A stretch of DNA of 61,495 nt, filler included, from Choristocarpus tenellus KU-1152 (Eukaryota; Protista; Phaeophyceae), in assembly GCA_964200185.2 (NCBI GenBank). It is 5 parts of 5 records of this genome, joined end to end, with 100 filler letters (N's around TTAATTAATTAA, not from the genome) between each part and the next. Parts side by side here need not be neighbours in the genome. Positions count along the whole stretch, not along the records: positions 41,389 to 53,646 come from CAXNAD020001907.1; positions 53,747 to 58,075 come from CAXNAD020015094.1; positions 58,176 to 61,495 come from CAXNAD020020827.1; 2 more parts are not named here. One strand, 5' to 3'. This document shows positions 52,690-61,495 of this stretch, in pieces (within the stretch, counting starts at the first letter, position 1; each line of letters opens with the position of its first letter). Below the pieces are notes generated by a model that was not told the DNA's origin, made no database searches, and saw nothing but the letters and a program-made list of their open reading frames with translations. The position numbers were made by a program, and so were the translations under genes.

Positions 52690-53829
52690 GGTCAATCATT
52701 AACAAAGATGACCACACGTCCGATGTTGGCAAGGAGGAAACTCTGGTTTAAAATGCGCTTTCGTTCAAGCTATCACTAAAGTGTGTAGTAGACACCACAA
52801 GATAAAAGTGTCCATCCAATAGAGTGGATGACGTGTAACACACAGATATTATCACAAGTATACTATGTGGATGACGTCCGTATTTGGTTGAACAAAAATC
52901 TACTACCCTCAGAACAAATGAAAATATTCACTTGAAATTCATTATAAATATTTGTATTATTTTATTATTATGCATATATATATGTGTCAGGGGAAAACCA
53001 ATGAACTATTGTATTATGTTATTAAATCGTCTAATCAAAAATATTGTGTGTTGAGGATCATTAGTTATGTGAAGGTCGGGTGGCTCTCTTTGAGGAAACG
53101 TAAGGCTCTCCTCTCACAGTCATCAAATGTTGTGAGAAGTTTGACAGGAATCTTGGATCCAATGATGACGTCACATCCTTCTGACCTTGAACAACGAGCC
53201 ATCTGAGAATTCTTACCACTTCTTTTAGTTGTTGATGGGAAGGTCACGAACAATAAAAACAATGCACACCATACACTTATCCTTGCACAGAAATGTGGAT
53301 TGGACTAAGATCAACTTCCAACAACCTGATTGTCACACGAATTTAAATCATACTATATACTACGTATGTTTGGACCGTAAGGTGGTAACTCTTCGGGATG
53401 ACCATTAATTACAAAAAGAAGTTTTGCGTTAGATTCCTTGGAATACTTTACAACAATAACAAAAATTTCCAAGAATTCTACAAAGAATTCTGTTCTGAAC
53501 TGGTTCCGAAAGACTGGAACACAGAATAAGGCATATTCTTATCATTTTTTAATGTTCCGCCTACAGCGTGTACCTACACAACACTCTCACAACTCCCATA
53601 AACAGGCGATTCGCAAAATTGAGGCAGGAGCGGGACTATGAGGAACNNNNNNNNNNNNNNNNNNNNNNNNNNNNNNNNNNNNNNNNNNNNTTAATTAATT
53701 AANNNNNNNNNNNNNNNNNNNNNNNNNNNNNNNNNNNNNNNNNNNNCCGAAACGGACGACCCCTCACAAACCACCCCCCCCCCCAAGATACTTCGATCCA
53801 TTGGGACAGATGAGGATGTCTATGCCAAC

Positions 53830-56800
53830 TTCAAAGAGAGATTCGAACAGGAGGGGATCTCAGGACCAACACCCTGTCTGTCAACATTCGTGAAGTGGAG
53901 ACTGTTCTACATTTCAAAGGCCATGCCAAGGTATGTGTGGAAATAGTTTCTCTCGTTTTTGGGGGTACACGCCACAGTGGCGACCGGGCAACTCTACGTT
54001 TCCTAACCGCCACAGGATAGCCAGTCACGTACTGCATCATCAGTGTCCACACACAAGGGAGGATAACCCATCGACCGCATTCCTCCCTCCACTCTCCCGC
54101 ACAACACAGATCATGCGTTTGCATCCACCATATGGCCACTGACCTCCAGGTTCAGTGCCTAAGAGAGAACTGGAAGAAAGCATATGCGAGAATGAGCGTT
54201 CGCGATGATGGACAACGCACTTGCACATGCACATGCGAATTCTGCGACAAAGGCAAAGGATGCGGGTCTAAAGAAGTGGAGACCGCACTCGAAAGTGGTG
54301 CTCATCTAATGGCCTTCCTCTTGTAAGCTTGTCTTCCAAACCACATCCTTGACGTGGCGAATGTGTTATCGCGACGAGCTGTAATGGTATCCAATATAAT
54401 GAGATCACTAAAGATACATACACCAACGTACGCACACCCAAACCGTTTCACTACGTACGCTACATATATACTGCAGTCACAGCCAGACTCCACTAGTGAC
54501 GTTCCATCCGCTACTCAAACCTCTACACTGACAACAAAAAAAGCTCATGGACTAATCAAAACAAAACAGATGCGACAGGACCGTGCTGGAACCCCTCAGC
54601 GAACCGTCCTCTGGTGGTTCCTTGGGCGGTTTCAAAAATTCATGTGTCGACAGTACATGTTACCTGTGCAACTGGAAATCTCATCCCATGTGGAAGTGCC
54701 CTTGTATATTGGACTCTCACAGCACCCGTGTCACATATGGAACGAGTTCGTCCACGCATACACCCCGGTGGTAGAGGCGGATCTGCAACAAAAGACTTGC
54801 CAGGAATTAAAGGTGGGCCTTATCCAAACACTCACCAACCAATTAAGTTTTGAAGATAAGCCTGTCCGGTTCCACCCTCACGGCGGATACAGGACCAACG
54901 CAGCAACCTGCACAATGTGTCAACCAGACCCCGGTGTAAACATCCGGACCACACACCCATGCTGCAATAAAGCTACATATATATATATACCCGCCTACAC
55001 TGCCACACAGGCGCTGTCGTCTAGACTTGGCATCGTCACCCCAAGCGAGACCACCAAAGACGGCATGATCAAGTTGATCACCGAAAAATATGCGGAGCTG
55101 AGGGCGGACAATCTCATGACGGACGATTTGATTATCGCTAAGTGCATGGTGGGAGAGTCCGCCTCCGACCTCAGGAGGAACAGGACCAAGGATAACGACG
55201 ACGAAGACGTCACAGGGCCAACGGACAAACACAGTCGGAGGCGAAAGGTGAGAGCGACATTTTTATTCCAATAATAGTTACGTTGTACATTGCATGTGTC
55301 TCACACACGGCGTATAGGTCAAACAACCAGCAGATACTCCCTCCCACAGCACTGTACATAATCAGTTACACCAGAGAACTCAGCCCGAATCACCACGACC
55401 TACGACCACCTGCAACAACTCCCGATACGTGACCACCTCCCCCGTTCCATACAGGTGCTGTTCCCAAGGACAGAGGGATTCCCCACACTCCTAAAGGTCA
55501 TATTTGCAAACTTCGAGAAAAGCTTCTTCCTTCATCGCAACACCACCATTTGGCAGGCGCAACAATACAAGCACTGCAAAGCCCGCCTCCCCAAAGGACA
55601 TGCCGCCATGTCCATGGACTTCAGCGCCCACCTGCAACACAACCACCAGGACTTGACACAACAAGAGCTCTTCAACCTATTCCTTACGGCGCTTCTGACC
55701 ATTGTCTGGTGGTTGAGAAGAGGGAAATCTCGGGAATGGAAGGGTTTGGACTCACAGTATGACGGTGTGCAGTGAAGACTGAAGCCAGGAAAACGAGTTC
55801 GTCCAGAATGCCGTGGAGATGCTTGTGAAGGGCTGCCTAATACCTCTAGCCAGTGAATACGGACAGACTCTAGAGGTCCTGCACATCTGATCTGATGGCT
55901 GCGGGAGCCAATTCAAGAACAGATGGCAGATGTGGTGGGTTTCACAGTCTTTAGTGGGGATGGGAATTTCCGCGGTACACAAATTCTTTGCCTCATGTCA
56001 CAGCAAGTCCTTGTCCGATGGAGTCGGGGCTGTGGTGAAGTCTGCCGCCAGGAGACTGGAACTACACGGAGTGCGCATGCCGGAAACCTCATCTCTAGTG
56101 AATACTATCAAGGCAACCAAAACTCAGTACACCTTGAGGGATCCGGCACCAGAGGAAGAGGGGGCACTATCGCAAAGGTCACAAGGTTCCTCCCGGGCAG
56201 ACAATCGTCACAAACGTAGGCACACTCCACACGACGACGACCCTCCTCCCCCCCCCACCCACAAATTCCGCCTCTGTTTACTACTGATGGCGACAGCCCC
56301 GACACGTACACCCCTCGCCCACGTATATAACAAACACACAAAACATATATCGTTGGAACTTATGCCACACCCGTCACTCCCTTCACATCGACACGACGCA
56401 TCGCATCAAGATAACACATTTTGCACTTATGAAATGACTGCACAGATTGTCCACATACACTCCTACAACCACCACCACCCTTTCTCCTAGAAGTCTGCCA
56501 ATCGGTAAGCTCGCGCAAAAATTACGACTTCCTCTTTTCTTCCCAGCGCCAATGTCGACAATATACCCATCGCTTGTAAGAGGAACACACACCACATACA
56601 CTACATACACGATTCTCCTCGTCCCCCTGGACCTGGTCCATCCTTGCCACTCGCATCGATCTGCACCCTCCTGCTACTTCATAAATCATACACTAAACAC
56701 GCAACACATATCGTTGACCCATTATGTCACATCCACACCTTCCCTCACGTTGACACCATAGATCACATGTTAAAGAGCCAAAGTATCTTAGAGGGTAGAG

Positions 56801-58040
56801 CCGCGTCCATTTGGGGGCCAAAATCCAAAGTTGCGATTTCGATGTAATTCTGTCTATCGTGTTTGTTAGGAAGTGCCAATATCCTTGTTCTGGACACACG
56901 TTTTCATAGCATATACATTTTACCTGCTCTGAATTTTTTCGAGTAGGAAAATGTCATACGAACCCCAATGGAAACCAAGCCTCAAATGGACAAACAGGGC
57001 AAAATTCGTACCCTCTAAGATACTTTCACTCTAAATACACACACGCATTTATTCACGAACCGCACACCGTCCATGCACACTTGCAACCACCGACCTTGAT
57101 TTAAAATGAGTCTGCCAATCGGTAAACCAACACTAAAACTCCAAGTTTTTGTTTCCTTTCACGTTACAATGTCGGCCACATATACTGCGTACGCTACATG
57201 GACAGATACCACCCTCTCACGTGTATGAGTTTCCCCAATCGCAACAATTCATACCTGTTTGCAACTCGCGACATTCTGCACCCACGAGTCCCTTGCTAAC
57301 ACATATGTTCCACCAAGGCAACAACAGATTTGGTCCACAGATTATGTCACATCCGTGCCTTCCCTTCATGCCAACAACACGAGTCACAGTATGATCGCTC
57401 ATAGCATGGTCGTCAAGCGATCGCACAAAGTCCATGCGGTCTTGCAACCATGACACTCTATTTCTCGTTAGTCTGCCAGTCGGCAAAAACTAACCAAAAG
57501 AAACTCCAGGTTTGGGGTTTCATCACACACTCCCATCCGTCGTTACCAAACACTTCTTAGTGCGATAGAGGTATCGCGTATCAATACAAAGGAAATTTGC
57601 AATCACATAGAAGCGGTCACAGCACAATGCCTCGGTGCCGATGCTAACTCCATCACTAACCGCCTCTCCCCTCATACGCCGAATCGCCACAACCCTTAGG
57701 ATTGGACGGACAGGGATGGCAGACCGCACAGTAACACATACACAAAACTTCTACACATCGACACGTTCCACACACAGGAGATAGTCCACCTTCCATCTTA
57801 CAACATGACCGTGCGGGACGACATGACCCACGTGTCCCGAACCTCAATGGAATCAAGTTCATGCACAGGTTCTTCACTGGTCAGCTCACACCCGACGGCT
57901 CCCGTACATTGGTATACACCGAACTGTCGTGCTACTGCACGAACTGTTCCATATCGGCAACCTCGCCCAATGCAGGTGGCAACCAATCCACGTCTCCCCA
58001 CTCAAGCAAATAGACCTCGGATATTCCACCAAAGTGGGAA
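53830..58040 (+). mobile_element. Decayed, probably intron-containing Sola2-like DDD transposase
   Basis: CTCEFC (~54230); MSMDFSA...QDLTQQE (~55610); HI*SDGCGSQFKN (~55890); KFFASCHSKSLSDGVGAVVK (~55980); C-terminal LNGIKFMHRF...ELSCYCTNC (~57840-57950). One frameshift and two TGA stops. Confidence 0.75.
56775..57031. mobile_element. MITE family B (257 bp), TAAA TSD, nested in the Sola2-like element
   Basis: taaa-GAGCCAAAGTATCTTAGAGGGTA...TACCCTCTAAGATACTTTCACTC-taaa. Confidence 0.92.
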
Positions 58041-58175
58041 CAGGGTCAAAGTATCTTGGGGGGGGGGGGTGGTTTNNNNNNNNNNNNNNNNNNNNNNNNN
58101 NNNNNNNNNNNNNNNNNNNTTAATTAATTAANNNNNNNNNNNNNNNNNNNNNNNNNNNNNNNNNNNNNNNNNNNN

Positions 58176-58247
58176 CACTTTTCCTGATTTTGGTCCAAAT
58201 GGACACCTTGGTGTAGACCCCCCCTCCCCTCCCAGATACTTTGGGTC
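58176..58247. mobile_element. MITE family A, partial copy at contig start (related TIR ends at 53747-53799, 58043-58075 and 13363-13420)
   Basis: cacttttcctg...aaatggacacc.tggtgtagaccccc...CCAGATACTTTGGGTC. Confidence 0.8.
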
Positions 58248-60799
58248 TGGGACCATTTTGACTTGCGAGCATGGTGAAAAACCCTGGCAATTTCATTTTT
58301 TTATTGCTGAATGAACTTTTTTACTCAAGGTTATTTAATCTCTTTCTTTTCATCTACATAGAGAATTAATATTGAACCCACAAGGTAGTTCAAATACTTG
58401 ATTCAGCAACTTAACTCCTTCAGGAACCACAAAGATTGACGGAAGATATATCACGATCTCTAGCAAGAACAGGAGTGACATCCAGAGTACACTTACGATG
58501 CTTGCACGTTGGATTGCACACAGTCCCATTAGCAAAGTCAATGGCTTCTCAAATAGAGTGGAGCACCGGCACATACATATACCTGTGTCCTCACTACAGG
58601 GCGAATATTGTGCATGATGGTTGTCATGAGCTTGTCTGTGAGCTGGTCCAGTGAGGTGTTGGCGGTGTCCACCTTGGTGTTTGGGTTACTCTCATTCTTG
58701 CTGTGCTGGTGGATAGAGGATGACACACCAAGGGCATGATGTTCCGCACAAGTGTCACATACTACTTGGACGTTAAAGCCTACAGCAACGGGCTTATCCC
58801 TCTGGTTGCAGGAGCAGCACTGCTCTCCCTCCTTAAGCACGACCTGTTGTACAACAACATTGGGGGTAGGGGGATATATGTGAAAGGAGAGGTAGCAGGG
58901 GAAATGTATCAAAGTCAGACAGTCAGGACATCATTGTGACTAAAGGGTGAGATAGTCGAAAGGGGCAATCCTTCACCAATGTGCCATAAACCTTCAGGTG
59001 CATCCATGCCTCAAGGATACAGAGTAATTGCCAAAAACATGAGGGTGATAAGAATTTGATATTGCGGGGATAAAAATAGCAGGCGTTTGTCTTATGTTGT
59101 TAATGGCATGACTCAACTTGGGCTTGAGAAGATATCGGCTCACTGAGACCACACACCCATCCACCAACTCCACCAGCAATGTTATGGCCACCTGGGTACG
59201 ACAAGCAATGTTGATCTCAAGTGGTGGCCTCACATTAGAATATACCAAACATACACCAACCATTGTTATCCCACCCACCCTTGAAATACACACCTATAAT
59301 CACAATATGACACATGGATAAACCTATTTCATGAATCTCGACTCACGTCACAACTCCAGGCATCTTCCTTTATTACCACAGCTGGTCGGCGGCTATGGGC
59401 ACCACAAATCCACACCCTCTCTCCAGCCGTGAACTCGTACAAAGGATGGTTGCGCCCGGCAGAAAGACCTTTGCCCTGCTGGGTGAGCACGGAGATCAAA
59501 TTTCTTGTGACATATTCTGGGAGAACACCGTGAGGAGAGGAGAATCACAGTGGAACCCAGGTGTTGAACCCAAAGAGGTGCTCAGGTGGTGTCGGAGAAG
59601 GATACTGAGCCGGAGGGACTTGCGGAAGCGCCTAGACTTTCAGGATTACTCCCATTTTTTTTCTCTAACTCTTTAACGGTGATATTAAATGGGCAAAACT
59701 TGGTCAATTCCTCATGCGGTCATGTTCTGCATGTGAAACGAGAGACAAAGCCGGTACGGAGTTGAAATAGATCGTATCCCAAAACATTCACTCGAGAAAG
59801 TCATTTGACTATGGGGAACCCACTGCCGAGAACTACAATCGAGCTATCAAATCAAGGGAAGGTACTCCCATTCACCGCAAGTCATTCACCTCGATCTCAG
59901 CCTTGAAGTGGTGCTTGCTCTCGATGTCGAAACTCAGCTCGCTCATGTTGAGACTTGAATCAGATGACCTATCATTTTCCTTTGAGATTTTGAGGCAACC
60001 AAGAAATGAGGATGAGGAAGGTAGAGGGTCAGCAGAGTTCAGGAAAAATAATTTCACAAGAATGGGCACAGCAAGATCTCATCGTAGTTGTTGTGAAATG
60101 TCAGCTGGAGGGACAAAGATACGCATGGATAGGGGGGACCATTCAAATAGCTTAGCGAATACGCTTAGGCTCAACTACGACCTGCTTCGATATAACATAT
60201 GCAATCCCGTCGTAGGGCATGTAGTAGCCGGATTCTAACTGACAAAAGAGGGCAAATGTTCATTTGGATCCACGAATTAAAGGACAGATATCAATGGTCA
60301 ATGGATATGTTGGTATATATCCCCGATTGCTTTGGGGGTGAGGAATGAAATGTGTTGTAGAGGGTACATGATATGTCATAGAAGACTCTCCTTATCCATT
60401 TGAGCTTCATATATCCGTCCCAGGCTCTCTTGGTTGCTTGGGTCTTATCAAAGGAGCGGTTACGGCGTTGGGCACCTCTCCAGGAGATTACGCTCTCTCC
60501 GTCTCACCTCGCCGGGGCTTCGTCTCGGCCTCCTTGGCCCTAGAGGAGGACTGGAGTACATGGTATGCAAATTTCCCCTCAAAGTGAAGAGTCTCGCTCA
60601 CCCGTTACCATTAGCCAAAAGAAGCTTCGACGTGAATGATTAGCAAAGGTTGGGGGGGGAGAATCCTGTTGTATGATGAACATGTTGTCTCAACGCTTCA
60701 AATATACGCCGTATGAAATTTAAAAATACAAGAATTGACGATGTGATCGTTTGACGTACATATATTTCTAAAGAAACAACAAAATTGATGTAGTAGTAA

Positions 60800-61389
60800 C
60801 CTAGGGAGGGGCTATGATCTAAGCAGGAACAGGCACCTACACTTAGCCTTCGTCATGGAAGCATATCTAAGGCAGCGGGTGCCCTTCTGGCTCACCCCAG
60901 CCCCTCCGGGAAATGAGGCCACTTTTGAGGTGGTCGTCTCCCATCTCTCATCTCCTAGCACCCTATTGAAAATTTGCATCCCATTAGGGAGGAAATTGTG
61001 ACGTTCATGGAGAAGGTTGTGGCAGAGGACGCGTCCAGGGGAAAGCAGTACTGCTCCCCAGGGTGAGAATGCACCCCCGAACCCTACACACAGCCTTTAT
61101 GCAGTCGAATAGCAACTCCGCCCCAGGCCCTGATAGCTTTTTTTGCCGCAGCCATATCTCCTCAGTCACCATCATAGATATTGCCTGCGAAGGTGAACCA
61201 ATGTCTTTGTCAAGCGATGGAAAGCGATGTACACTTCCGGCGATCCCCTTTCCCCTGGGGTTTGGAGGTTCATACGGCCTCTCAACTCTGAGTGATGGGT
61301 GAAAAGTGCCAACTGGTAGCATGTGGTTCTTTCTTCAGAAGGCCATGTGAATCGGCATTCTGAGCTGACTGGCGTCCACACTTGAAACA
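60800..61389 (+). mobile_element. Decayed CRE-clade-like non-LTR retrotransposon, start of the RT region
   Basis: Fragments LRHGSISKAAGALLA, PGNEAT, NSAPGPD and GEKCQLVACGSFFRR (cf. RPIAxGExxRR) occur in order across frameshifts; cut by a MITE at 61390. Confidence 0.6.
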
Positions 61390-61495
61390 GGCCCAAAGTA
61401 TCTGGGGGGGGGGGGGGAATCTACACCAGGGTGTCCATTTGGGGCAAAACCAGGAAAAGTGCACTTTCATCATCCATCCAACGTATGGAACCAAA
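61390..61495. mobile_element. MITE family A, partial copy (window end)
   Basis: GGCCCAAAGTATCTGGGG...tctacaccagggtgtccatttggg..aaaaccaggaaaagtgcactt. Confidence 0.85.

Noticed and set aside
54354-55274. 306-aa ORF as a standalone novel gene
   Set aside because: It lies within the decayed transposase region and probably reads through intron and exon parts of it.
53747-58075. Inverted CCCCAAGATACTT / AAGTATCTTGGGG ends of contig 4 as TIRs of the Sola element
   Set aside because: Their orientation matches the outer ends of two flanking MITE-A-like copies that broke the assembly, not TIRs enclosing the transposase.

Overview
Eukaryotic nuclear DNA, most likely a brown alga or close photosynthetic stramenopile (inferred from intron-rich genes, a bipartite plastid-targeting peptide, 72-nt one-LRR-per-exon structure and TTAGGG repeats). 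The window is five contigs joined by artificial 100-nt N/TTAATTAATTAA spacers: 1-12047, 12148-41288, 41389-53646, 53747-58075 and 58176-61495. Spliced genes were rebuilt by hand from GT-AG sites and phase. They are NOP53 (-) head-to-head with the 5' part of TAF2 (+); a complete 11-exon RPN5/PSMD12 (-) head-to-head with a 5-exon plastid-targeted 2Fe-2S ferredoxin-like gene (+) that no single ORF in the track shows; tRNA-Arg(CCG); and a ROCO-type LRR gene with two N-caps that stops before any Roc GTPase domain. Mobile DNA includes decayed DD39D mariner, Sola2-like and CRE-like elements, plus related MITE families with 4-bp TSDs. The most notable observations are: dense short interstitial telomeric repeats in introns, one inserted into a palindrome with a 16-bp target duplication; a Rickettsiales-type Rpn nuclease fragment abutting host DNA; the Roc-less shuffled-LRR gene; and a long pre-miRNA-like hairpin downstream of it.
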